Positions 1-8,836 of a stretch of DNA of 64,000 nt are shown one piece after another. Source of the DNA: Sedimentisphaeraceae bacterium JB056 (lineage in GTDB: Bacteria; Planctomycetota; Phycisphaerae; Sedimentisphaerales; Sedimentisphaeraceae); assembly GCA_044440125.1 (NCBI GenBank), contig JBITAJ010000015.1:192001-256000 (forward strand), given 5' to 3'. The number at the start of each line of letters is the position of its first letter. Position 1 is the first letter of the stretch. A model generated the notes under the pieces. That model was given only the letters and a program-made list of their open reading frames with translations, did not search any database and was not told where the DNA came from. The translations under genes and the position numbers were made by a program.

Positions 1-48
1 AGCAGGGGCGTTTTTTCTTGATGCCAAGTAGAATTACAGATAAATCAC

Positions 49-76
49 TTGAAAAAGGCTCTTCTATAGCTAAAAT
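49..76 (+). promoter_or_regulatory. putative sigma70-type promoter
   Basis: TTGAAA(49-54)-16 bp-TAAAAT(71-76) upstream of ATG 132. Confidence 0.45.
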
Positions 77-131
77 CTATATGCTGTTATTATGTCTAAA
101 TATTACATATTAAGAGGTTAGCAATAATATT

Positions 132-1952
132 ATGAATTTGAGATCTTTAACTTATTTATTGGGGCTGGGCCTTGTGCTTGGTCTTGTAGCAGGCTGTTCA
201 GAATCACCTGAGGCCAAGGCGGCGAAAGAAGCTCGACAGCAGGCACAGAAGGCTGCTGCAATCGTTGAGGATTATAAGCTTAATGAAGGCTATGACTATT
301 CTGCTGCTAAGCAAGAGGTTGATAAAGCTCTCGCAATGGCAAATAGAGCCGGTGGTCAGGCTGATAGTGTTTATTTCGCAAGTGCCGATTTGACTTCAAC
401 TTACGCCTCTAAATTACAGGGCGTTGTGAGTGACAGCGAGGAAGAAGTTGCTGAGAAACTGCAGAAATGTATTCAAATCGCCAGAAGACTTTCCGACTGC
501 CAAGCTCAGTTAAGCTCAATAGAAATGCTTATGGACAGCGGTGAGCAGGAAGCTAAGTCGTTAAAGACGCTTCTTTACAGTGAAAAAGAGGGCATTGAGG
601 CTAAACTTGCGGAGAACAAGGAAAAGCTTGAGGGGCTTCTCGCTCAGTTGAATTCATACAAAAAAGTAGCAGAGACAGCCAAGGCGTCAGCAGATTCTAT
701 ACAGCTTAAAGCTGACAAGATGCTCCGTCAGGCTGAATTACTTGAAGGTGAGGCGCGTATAGAGCTCGAAAGAGATGCCTATTCCCTCCTAAAAGGAAAA
801 GACAGCAACAATAGTGTGTTTTACTATCAGAAAGCATTGCAGGATAACCTCGACAAGGCAGAATCAGTACAGGTATTGATAAATACTGTTAAGCCGCTTA
901 TTCCCAAGCTTCAATCTGATATAGAATATGTTGCTAAGAGAATAAGTGAGCTGGACAAACAGGATCAGACATACGATTTTACCGGTCAGCTTGCATCGCT
1001 GAAATCTCAGTATGATGAGATAATGTCTGCGCTTGAAGCAAAGATTGCAGATTTTAATGAAGCATTCTCTAATTACAGTAATGATGTTGCAAGTCAGATC
1101 GAACTTTACGCAGAAGCACAAGCTAATTATGCGAAGGTTAAAAGTGAAGGTTTGCGTCAGAATGCACAGTTGAGGATGGCTGACTGTGATAAAGCTATTG
1201 CAGGAATAAGTGCCAGTACATATGAGTTTGTAAAGCGAGTTTCTACTTCATCTGAGATCATGACACAACTCAAGCTTGATCAGGCTGGCGATAAGGTAAA
1301 GGCTGTAAGTGAAGAGCTTTCGAGCCTTGCTTCAGATTATGCTGCTAAGACTCAACAGGCATTTGAGAGTGCCTTCCAAAAGTATGAGGATGTTATAGAT
1401 CGTTATTCAAGCGGTGAATTTGCTGATGTAGCTGTCAGAAACTATATGACTGCTATATACCAAAGGCTTAATTTTACTGCTATTGAAGACGATTTAGATG
1501 CTACAAAGCAAAAATTACTCGACAAAGTTGAGCAGATCAAGGAGATTTCTATCCAGGCAGATTCTTCTTTTGGAAATTCTAAAGTTGCAGGTCTCTTCAG
1601 TAAATACGGCATTGAATTCAAGACAGCCGAGCAAAGACTTCAGGAAGAATATCTTGATCTGAAAGTTAAGTTTAGTGCGGTTCAGAATTCCGGCAGTCAG
1701 CAGAGGCAAGATCAGATGCGTTCTTTGTTGAAAGATTTCAATTCTCTTGAAAAACCAGAAGACGAACAATTTTATAATGATCTCGTAAAGTATATCTACG
1801 AGTTATTGCGTGAGGATTGGGTTGCTATCTATGAGATGCTTCCTGAAAACGCAGAACTTGATGTTTTCAGTCAGTATCTTGCTCAGGATACAGCTCCTGA
1901 AGAGTCTTACGATACAGAGGCTGAGAGCGACAGCAACGACCCTAACTCTTGA
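132..1952 (+). CDS. hypothetical lipoprotein, long alpha-helical/coiled-coil
   Basis: 606 aa ORF; hydrophobic N-terminus with lipobox LVAG-C; E/K/A/Q-rich heptad-like body; acidic tail. Confidence 0.75.
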   Translation: MNLRSLTYLLGLGLVLGLVAGCSESPEAKAAKEARQQAQKAAAIVEDYKLNEGYDYSAAKQEVDKALAMANRAGGQADSVYFASADLTSTYASKLQGVVSDSEEEVAEKLQKCIQIARRLSDCQAQLSSIEMLMDSGEQEAKSLKTLLYSEKEGIEAKLAENKEKLEGLLAQLNSYKKVAETAKASADSIQLKADKMLRQAELLEGEARIELERDAYSLLKGKDSNNSVFYYQKALQDNLDKAESVQVLINTVKPLIPKLQSDIEYVAKRISELDKQDQTYDFTGQLASLKSQYDEIMSALEAKIADFNEAFSNYSNDVASQIELYAEAQANYAKVKSEGLRQNAQLRMADCDKAIAGISASTYEFVKRVSTSSEIMTQLKLDQAGDKVKAVSEELSSLASDYAAKTQQAFESAFQKYEDVIDRYSSGEFADVAVRNYMTAIYQRLNFTAIEDDLDATKQKLLDKVEQIKEISIQADSSFGNSKVAGLFSKYGIEFKTAEQRLQEEYLDLKVKFSAVQNSGSQQRQDQMRSLLKDFNSLEKPEDEQFYNDLVKYIYELLREDWVAIYEMLPENAELDVFSQYLAQDTAPEESYDTEAESDSNDPNS

Positions 1953-1986
1953 TTTATTACCAAGTGTTAGTTAAATATGTTATAAA

Positions 1987-2020
1987 CGGCCGTGGTGTGA
2001 AATATCGCCACGGCTGATTT
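1987..2020 (+). terminator. putative intrinsic terminator
   Basis: stem CGGCCGTGGTG/CGCCACGGCTG followed by a short T run. Confidence 0.5.
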
Positions 2021-2071
2021 TGATTTAATACCATAATTGTGGATAAAATACATCCGGAGATATGAAAAGAA

Positions 2072-3766
2072 ATGAGTGAAATAATATCAACAATAGATGT
2101 TCATCATCTAAATGTTATACTGATGATGGGTATTGTAATATTTGGTGGAATTATTGGAGCAAAGCTTTTCCAGAAGCTTCATATTCCACAGGTTATTGGA
2201 TACATTGTTATTGGCCTGATTATCGGTGAAAGTGGATTCAGGCTGGTTGGAGCTGATACGATAAAGACTCTTGAACCCTTGAATTATTTCGCTCTTGGTA
2301 TAATTGGATTCATGATAGGCGGTGAGCTTAAGAGTGAATTATTTAAGAAATACGGCAAGCAGTTTACCGCTATACTTATTGGCGAGGGAGTGCTTGCCTT
2401 TGTTATTGTGGGGTGTGTTTCGACCGGTGTTGCTTATCTTTTCACTAAGGATGCAAAACTTTCTGTTGCTCTCGGCGTTGTTCTCGGTGCGATATCTTCG
2501 GCGACTGATCCTGCATCAACTATTCAGGTAATGTGGGAATACAAAACCCGCGGCGTGCTTACCACGGCTGCAACGGCTATTGTTGCACTTGATGATGCTC
2601 TGGCTCTGACACTTTATGGAATAGGTACAAGCGTAGCCGGTATACTGACTGGCGGTGGTGAGGGCGGAATAATGGCATCTCTTGGTCATGCTGCTTATGA
2701 GCTGCTTGGAGCTTTGGTACTTGGAGTTATAAGCGGTTTCATTCTTGATATTATTCTTAAAAAGATTGATGATAACGACAGTGTTCTCGCATTTGCTCTT
2801 GGTATAATACTTTTGACTATTGGTATCAGTGTAGCACTTAAGCTTGATGTGATACTTTCTTCAATGGCTGTCGGACTTACGCTTGTTAACGTTGCGCCAC
2901 GTGCCAGTGTCCGTACTTTTGATCTTGTGAAAAAGGCTACGCCGCCGATTTATATACTATTCTTTGTTTTTGTGGGTGCGGGTATAAAGATAAGCAACTT
3001 GTCTATGCTTGCATGGGTTCTTGTTATAATATATGTAATAGGAAGAAGTGTAGGTAAGATGTGCGGAGCTTCTATTGGTGCTAAGGTCTCGGGAGCGGCC
3101 TCTTCTGTTAAGAAATATCTTGGGCTTTGTCTGTTTGCTCAGGGCGGTGTTGCTGTAGGTTTGAGTATTGTGGCGAGTCATAAGTTTGCAGACCAGCCTC
3201 AGATTGCACAGCTAATTGTAATTGTTGTAACTACCACAACGCTTATTGTTCAGTTTCTCGGTCCTTCAGCAGTAAAGATTGCGGTTAAGAAAGCCGGCGA
3301 AATTAACATGAACATTACTGATGAAGACCTCATAAAGACACTCAAGGTTAGTGATGTTATGGAGACCGAACCTACTGTAATAAAACAGGATGATACATTA
3401 AAGAACGTTCTCGACATATTTGGTCAGACTGACAGTCTTTTTTATCCTGTGGTTGACCGAGCGAAAAAACTTATAGGTGTTATTACTATTGAAGGTATAA
3501 AAGAGACATTTAAGTATCAGGATTCTGCACACTGGCTGCTTGCCTGTGATGTAATGCTGCCTGTTATGGATCGTCTGCTTCCTAATGAACCTCTTGAGGA
3601 GGCGATAAGACATATGCGGACTTACAATAGTGATTATGCCTGTATTGTTGATGACGAAGACAAAATGATTGGATTGTTCAATCTTCCGGCTGTTAACAGA
3701 AGGATAAGTGCAGAAGTTCTTGCAAGGCGTGAGCAGACAGATGCTTTTGCTAATGACATTGATTAA
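2072..3766 (+). CDS. cation:proton antiporter (CPA2/KefB-like) with C-terminal CBS pair
   Basis: many hydrophobic segments; motifs IPQVIGYIVIG, SATDPA, ALDD, QGGVAVGL; C-terminal LKVSDVM...YPVVD...IGVIT CBS repeats. Confidence 0.88.
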   Translation: MSEIISTIDVHHLNVILMMGIVIFGGIIGAKLFQKLHIPQVIGYIVIGLIIGESGFRLVGADTIKTLEPLNYFALGIIGFMIGGELKSELFKKYGKQFTAILIGEGVLAFVIVGCVSTGVAYLFTKDAKLSVALGVVLGAISSATDPASTIQVMWEYKTRGVLTTAATAIVALDDALALTLYGIGTSVAGILTGGGEGGIMASLGHAAYELLGALVLGVISGFILDIILKKIDDNDSVLAFALGIILLTIGISVALKLDVILSSMAVGLTLVNVAPRASVRTFDLVKKATPPIYILFFVFVGAGIKISNLSMLAWVLVIIYVIGRSVGKMCGASIGAKVSGAASSVKKYLGLCLFAQGGVAVGLSIVASHKFADQPQIAQLIVIVVTTTTLIVQFLGPSAVKIAVKKAGEINMNITDEDLIKTLKVSDVMETEPTVIKQDDTLKNVLDIFGQTDSLFYPVVDRAKKLIGVITIEGIKETFKYQDSAHWLLACDVMLPVMDRLLPNEPLEEAIRHMRTYNSDYACIVDDEDKMIGLFNLPAVNRRISAEVLARREQTDAFANDID

Positions 3767-3795
3767 TTTGATTGAAATCATTTGGAGGCAATGAT

Positions 3796-4722
3796 ATGCA
3801 GAATACAAAACGTTTGTTTTTAAGTAGAATTGTGATGGCTGTGGCTGCTTGCATTTTACTTTTTGCAGCCGCTACAAAATATCTGATGATTATGGGCGAG
3901 CCGATTCTCTCTAAAAGTTTCTGGCAGTCGAGAGAATTTTACATAATACATGTTTTTCTGACTACAGGGCTTGGAATCTGGCTTTTATGCGGTCTCTTTA
4001 AGAAGGCGGCATGGCTGTTGTCGATTTTGGCTTTCAGCGTCTTTATTCTTGACAATATATATAAAATAGTTGTAGGATCGGCATCATGCGGTTGTTTCGG
4101 CAGAGTAGAAGTCAATCCATGGATAACAATGACCGTGATCAATATACCTCTACTGCTGTTATTGATATATTTCAGGCCTGTTGGATTGAAGTTGTTTCCT
4201 CCTCCGTGGCCGTCAGCAGATCATTTCTTTGGTACTGCAATACCGACTTTTCTTCTTCTTGGCCTTATGGTATTTACCTCTGTAAGCTATATTCCTCCAG
4301 AAAAAACGCAGGACTATGAAGTTATTGACCATCAGGCGTGGATAGGCAGTGAGTTTGAGATGCTTGATCAGATAGATGTTGCAGACTCCCTACGGGATGG
4401 ATTATGTGTGATTTTATTTTATCATAATAATTGTCCTAATTGCCGTGAGGCGATACCTGTATACAGTGAAATGTATGATGCAATGTCTGCTTTTGGCGAT
4501 CAAACTAAATTTGCTTTTATAGAGATGCCGCCTTACGGGGATGCCTCTGAGAGTCCGATACCTGATGATACGAGTTGTATTGTCGGAAGACTCGATGATA
4601 CTAAGAAATGGCTTGCTGCAACACCTTTGCTTGTTGTTACTGAGAACGGTATTGTCCTTAAGTCGTGGGAAGCTGAGGTTCCTATGGATTTTGACGCATT
4701 GATGGAAAGTGTGTTTGAATAA
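3796..4722 (+). CDS. MauE/DoxX-like membrane protein fused to thioredoxin-like domain
   Basis: TM helices with SCGCFG motif, then LFYHNNCPNC (CxxC); GGAGG RBS before ATG 3796 (track start 3772 is TTG). Confidence 0.7.
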   Translation: MQNTKRLFLSRIVMAVAACILLFAAATKYLMIMGEPILSKSFWQSREFYIIHVFLTTGLGIWLLCGLFKKAAWLLSILAFSVFILDNIYKIVVGSASCGCFGRVEVNPWITMTVINIPLLLLLIYFRPVGLKLFPPPWPSADHFFGTAIPTFLLLGLMVFTSVSYIPPEKTQDYEVIDHQAWIGSEFEMLDQIDVADSLRDGLCVILFYHNNCPNCREAIPVYSEMYDAMSAFGDQTKFAFIEMPPYGDASESPIPDDTSCIVGRLDDTKKWLAATPLLVVTENGIVLKSWEAEVPMDFDALMESVFE

Positions 4723-4821
4723 TAAGTTAAATATGCTATAATACCGCCGATATTTTGTAACTTAATACTATACTGGATTTTATATAAACACGGGGTTGTT
4801 TGATATCCTGCTACAAAAGAG

Positions 4822-5667
4822 ATGCCGAGCCATAGACTAAAACAGATAGAGACTGAGTATTTCAGTGTAAAGGGTTATTCCGTTGCGGGCGAGGAGACAG
4901 TCATTGCTCTTCCGGAGCTTGATGTCTGCTTTGATATTGGTAAGGCTCCAGATCAAGTTATTAATATCAACAATATATTGCTTAGCCACGGTCATATTGA
5001 TCATGCCGCAGGGCTGGCGTACTATCTTTCTCATCGCGTATTTTGTGGTCAGCAACCGGGTACAATTTATCTTCCTGAAGGTATAGTTGATCCTGTTAAA
5101 CAAATAATAGATGCATGGGGTGTGCTTGACGGCAGCAGAATACGTGCAGAGATAATACCAGTTAAAGATGGCGATGATTTTATGCTCCGCCGCGACTTGA
5201 AACTGAAAGTATTTGATACCAATCACAACCGTAATTCTGTTGGATACACGTTGGTTGAAGTTCGCAAGAAGCTTAAATCTGAATATTACGGCAAAACTGG
5301 AAGAGAGCTCAAAGAGCTTAAGTCGCAGGGGATTGATATCGAATATATGATTGAAATTCCGATTGTAACATACACAGGTGATACTTGTTGTTGCGATTAT
5401 TCATATCTTGATTATGTTAAGAATAGTAAAGTACTTATAATTGAATGTACTTTTTTCGAGCAGGATCATATTGACAGGGCAAAAGCAGGTAAGCATATTC
5501 ATATCAATAATCTTGCTGATGTACTTACAAAGCTCAATAATGAGCAGATTATATTGACGCATTTGTCTCAGAGGACGCATATCAAAGACGCCAAGGTGCT
5601 TCTTTCAAAGAAATTGCCGCCTGAGATTATGTCAAAGATAACCATCCTAATGGGGTATAATAGATAA
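4822..5667 (+). CDS. rnz: MBL-fold ribonuclease Z, TM-type
   Basis: GYSVAG, HGHIDH metal motif, KKLKSEY..G.ELKELK short arm, TGDT, ECTF, HLSQR. Confidence 0.7.
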   Translation: MPSHRLKQIETEYFSVKGYSVAGEETVIALPELDVCFDIGKAPDQVININNILLSHGHIDHAAGLAYYLSHRVFCGQQPGTIYLPEGIVDPVKQIIDAWGVLDGSRIRAEIIPVKDGDDFMLRRDLKLKVFDTNHNRNSVGYTLVEVRKKLKSEYYGKTGRELKELKSQGIDIEYMIEIPIVTYTGDTCCCDYSYLDYVKNSKVLIIECTFFEQDHIDRAKAGKHIHINNLADVLTKLNNEQIILTHLSQRTHIKDAKVLLSKKLPPEIMSKITILMGYNR

Positions 5668-5934
5668 TTAGTAATTGAAGCTGCTGGCTAAGATCAATCA
5701 TTTCCATTATTCTATAAAATTTTCAAAACAGGGAATGTTTATTAGAACATTCCTTCTCTCTATTGTGTTCGTGTAAATATTTTTTACGTCACTTGAGACA
5801 GTAAAATTGAATACATTTAAACTGTTTCCCTTTTTTGTTACCTTAATATTCTTATTGGTATAAAAGATGACTAATTACTACTAAAAGGTTTTCAACAAAA
5901 ATGCTGGTTTAGGCTACTTTTATGCTAAAATATA

Positions 5935-5963
5935 TTGCTTTTTCAATCCCTTGATGCTAAAAT
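5935..5963 (+). promoter_or_regulatory. putative sigma70-type promoter
   Basis: TTGCTT-17 bp-TAAAAT with TGn extension; overlaps the TTG 5951 called by the track, favouring a later ATG. Confidence 0.5.
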
Positions 5964-6001
5964 TAAACTTAAGTAAGATGTGTCAATATTGGGCTTTTAT
6001 T

Positions 6002-6919
6002 ATGGTTAAAATAATACTACGTTCATTTCTTTCTGTTTTGTTCATGTTTGGTTTTGTAGTAGAGCTGAGATCAGAGACATCGATGGAATCTTTTGGCTAT
6101 TTGTCAAACAATTGGCTTTCTGATTCTTGTTCAGATCCTGATTGGTGTAATTCTATGGATTCCAATAAAGATGGCGTTGTTGATAATGACGATTTACTGA
6201 ATATTATTAATGAGTGGTTGTTTAACGATGCCAGGGGAATCGTGTGGATAGCTATTGATAAACCTGGTTTTTCCGGCGAGATAAGCAAGTATGAGACAAC
6301 AAATCTTCAGTATGCAAACTACTTGAATCAGGCCTTGTCTCTTGGGCTTGTGTTTGTTCATTCTAATGGTTATGTTTATTGTACAGATGACATTGATTGC
6401 TCAATGCCGTTAATAGCAACTTATTCAACTATAAATCAATTCGGACAAATCATATATTCCAATGGTGAGTTCATCGTAAGAGAGCGTGATTGCTATGACA
6501 TGTCAAACCATCCTGTTTCTTGGGTTAGCTGGTATGGGGCAAAGGCCTTCTGTGATTATTATGGCTATCATTTGCCTTCAGAGCCACAATGGACAGCAGT
6601 AGCTGATTATGAGGACAATCATTATGCTTGCGGTTGCATTATAGACATATCACTGGCTAACTATAACGTATCTAATCCTTTGTCGCTTACGTCGGAGCCA
6701 TATACTACTCCTGTTGGTTTTTATCCTGCCTATGGCTATGATATTAATGATATGGCGGGTAATGTCTGGGAATGGACTTCGAGTTCAAATTCAGTAGGAA
6801 GTTATGTTGTTAAAGGCGGTGCATGGGATTCTGGTTACTATTATTGTACAGTTGACGGTTCTAAAAGTATTACAGCATCGAATGTCAGCGGAGCTTTAGG
6901 CTTTAGAGTTTGTCGCTAA
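6002..6919 (+). CDS. FGE-sulfatase (SUMF1-like) domain protein with N-terminal dockerin-like module
   Basis: KYETTNLQY, HPVSWVSWYGAKAFC, LPSEPQW, DMAGNVWEW, GFRVCR; signal-like N-terminus; DSNKDGVVDNDDL..EWL module; start uncertain (5951/5978/6002). Confidence 0.8.
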   Translation: MVKIILRSFLSVLFMFGFVVELRSETSMESFGYLSNNWLSDSCSDPDWCNSMDSNKDGVVDNDDLLNIINEWLFNDARGIVWIAIDKPGFSGEISKYETTNLQYANYLNQALSLGLVFVHSNGYVYCTDDIDCSMPLIATYSTINQFGQIIYSNGEFIVRERDCYDMSNHPVSWVSWYGAKAFCDYYGYHLPSEPQWTAVADYEDNHYACGCIIDISLANYNVSNPLSLTSEPYTTPVGFYPAYGYDINDMAGNVWEWTSSSNSVGSYVVKGGAWDSGYYYCTVDGSKSITASNVSGALGFRVCR

Positions 6920-6936
6920 GTGATTATCTTTATATT

Positions 6937-6975
6937 AAAAAAGCGGGAATGTTTATTGAAACATTCCCGCTTTTT
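6937..6975. terminator. bidirectional intrinsic terminator
   Basis: AAAAAAGCGGGAATGTTT-ATTG-AAACATTCCCGCTTTTT between convergent genes. Confidence 0.85.
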
Positions 6976-7003
6976 ATTTTCAACTCATATTGATAATATG
7001 AAT

Positions 7004-7684
7004 TTATTTTTTTCTTCTGCGAATTAAAAGTCCGCCAAGGCCAAGGATAGCCAGAGAAGCAGGCTCAGGAACTACAGAATAGTCGTAAACGACTGTAATT
7101 TCTCCACTTCCTGTCATATTTGTATAGCCGCCTTCAACGCCGCTTGAGCCTGTAATGTTGAAGGTACGTCCACTGTCAAGGATTGTGTCAAATGTGTCAG
7201 TTCCTATGTATGAGAAATGCAGACTACTATTTACTACCTGCGAATCCATGAAAGTAGATGTTGATGGATTTACAATCACGCCGTCAGAAGGATTACTGTC
7301 AATAACACCACTGCCGTCACCGTCATCTGCAGCTAACTCAAGAGCTACATTGTCGCTGATGCTTACGCCTGTACCGGTTACACCAAACACGTCTGCTGAT
7401 GTAAGGTCAGCGTTAACTGCGTACTCGAAAGAAATGTTTGCTGTTGTTTCAGCATCATTATCAGCGATGAATCCGCCTGAATCAACGCTGAATTCGAGAT
7501 AAAACGTTACTGAATTGAGCACTCTTGTTCCACCCATTGTATCAAACCTGTTGAAGGTTGATGTGTGGCTGAAATCGAGAGTCTCACCTGAGAATGTGTC
7601 ATTCTGTGTTATGGTCAACGCGTTGGCCGCAAACGGTGCGACTATAAGCATTGCCATTGCCAAATAGAGCATTTTTACTTTCAT
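7004..7684 (-). CDS. PEP-CTERM protein, choice-of-anchor E-like
   Basis: signal peptide ending ANA; FNRFDTMGGTRVLNSV; C-terminal VPEPASLAILGLGGLLIRRRKK; AGGAG RBS. Confidence 0.85.
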   Translation of the reverse strand: MKVKMLYLAMAMLIVAPFAANALTITQNDTFSGETLDFSHTSTFNRFDTMGGTRVLNSVTFYLEFSVDSGGFIADNDAETTANISFEYAVNADLTSADVFGVTGTGVSISDNVALELAADDGDGSGVIDSNPSDGVIVNPSTSTFMDSQVVNSSLHFSYIGTDTFDTILDSGRTFNITGSSGVEGGYTNMTGSGEITVVYDYSVVPEPASLAILGLGGLLIRRRKK

Positions 7685-7732
7685 TTGATTACTCCTTCTA
7701 AATTTAGTTTATTATAACTGTTAACTTCTTAC

Positions 7733-7757
7733 AAGACAGTGGTACGCCAACTGTCTT
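7733..7757 (-). other. intergenic stem-loop between the PEP-CTERM genes
   Basis: AAGACAGT-GG-TACG-CC-A-ACTGTCTT; no clear U tract. Confidence 0.45.
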
Positions 7758-8446
7758 TATTTTATACGTCTTCTTACGAAAAGCATACCGATACCAAGTA
7801 TTGCAATCGTGGCGGGTTCAGGAAGTGTCGTTATTGTCACAAAATCCTGCGCACCATCCATCATGAATATTTTGATATCGCTATTGGGCAAAAAATCAGG
7901 ACTCATTCCTGAGAGATTTGAAATCATGGTGTCAAAGTAGTCCTGAAAGTTTAGCCACATATCTGATGTGCTGCTGAAATTCGGGCCTTCATCGAATTGA
8001 ATATTTCCTGAAGTGATATCATAATTGCCGTCAGATTCTTCAAGTATTTCCCATACAACGGCTTGAGCAGCTGCTGCATAGGTATCTCTTGTAGCCTGGC
8101 CTTCCGGCTGATTATAAACTTCAGGGAAAAATGTTTGGACTGCGTAGCCAACCTTTCGAAGCTGTTCAATGTCGTACTGATCGTAGTCCATTATGTAGTG
8201 AAGTTCGGCAAGCTGGTCTGCTACCATTACATGAGCCTGTGAACAGAACCCATATACGGATCCGTCAATATCTGGAGATTCAAAGTGGAGTGTTCCCACA
8301 GGAACTGTGTAAGTCTCACTGCCAAGATTAACATCAATCGTTACCTGTTCGGCAAGATCCTGAAAATCCATATTGTAGAACTCTGCGAGCGCCAGTGTGG
8401 TTAGACTGAGGGCGCACACAACCCCTATCTTAATATTTCTAAGCAT
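7757..8446 (-). CDS. PEP-CTERM protein
   Basis: signal peptide from MLRNIKIG (ATG 8446); C-terminal LPEPATIAILGIGMLFVRRRIK. Confidence 0.85.
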   Translation of the reverse strand: MLRNIKIGVVCALSLTTLALAEFYNMDFQDLAEQVTIDVNLGSETYTVPVGTLHFESPDIDGSVYGFCSQAHVMVADQLAELHYIMDYDQYDIEQLRKVGYAVQTFFPEVYNQPEGQATRDTYAAAAQAVVWEILEESDGNYDITSGNIQFDEGPNFSSTSDMWLNFQDYFDTMISNLSGMSPDFLPNSDIKIFMMDGAQDFVTITTLPEPATIAILGIGMLFVRRRIK

Positions 8447-8539
8447 ACTACAACCTTCTGTTTTTCCGTAAAAATTTGTGCTGCTCTTCACCTGAGGCGG
8501 GAAGGCAACTTTTCTATATAATCTATAATCCGATTTTAG

Positions 8540-8586
8540 ATTATAATATACAAGGTGGTGGCGTTGCAATAGGGAATTTCCCTATT
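8540..8586 (-). promoter_or_regulatory. putative promoter with upstream palindromic operator
   Basis: minus strand TTGCAA-18 bp-TATAAT (8569-8540), abutted by 9-1-9 palindrome AATAGGGAA-T-TTCCCTATT (8568-8586). Confidence 0.5.
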
Positions 8587-8836
8587 TTATAAAAAAGGAA
8601 AAACAAAGCCATGTTTTTTCATGTTTATTTGCATGGAATAGTAATTTGTTTGGGGTGAGTTTAAACTTGAAAAAAGGGCTTATTTCCCTATCATATTTTT
8701 AGGGGATACATTTTGATGTTTAGCTGATATGCATCTTGAGAGTGATTTACAAAATAATATTTTTCATTTATCTTCATCCATCTAAAATTAAAAGAGAAAC
8801 AGAGAGAAGTCTTATAAGAAAGAAAGTAGTTTAATT

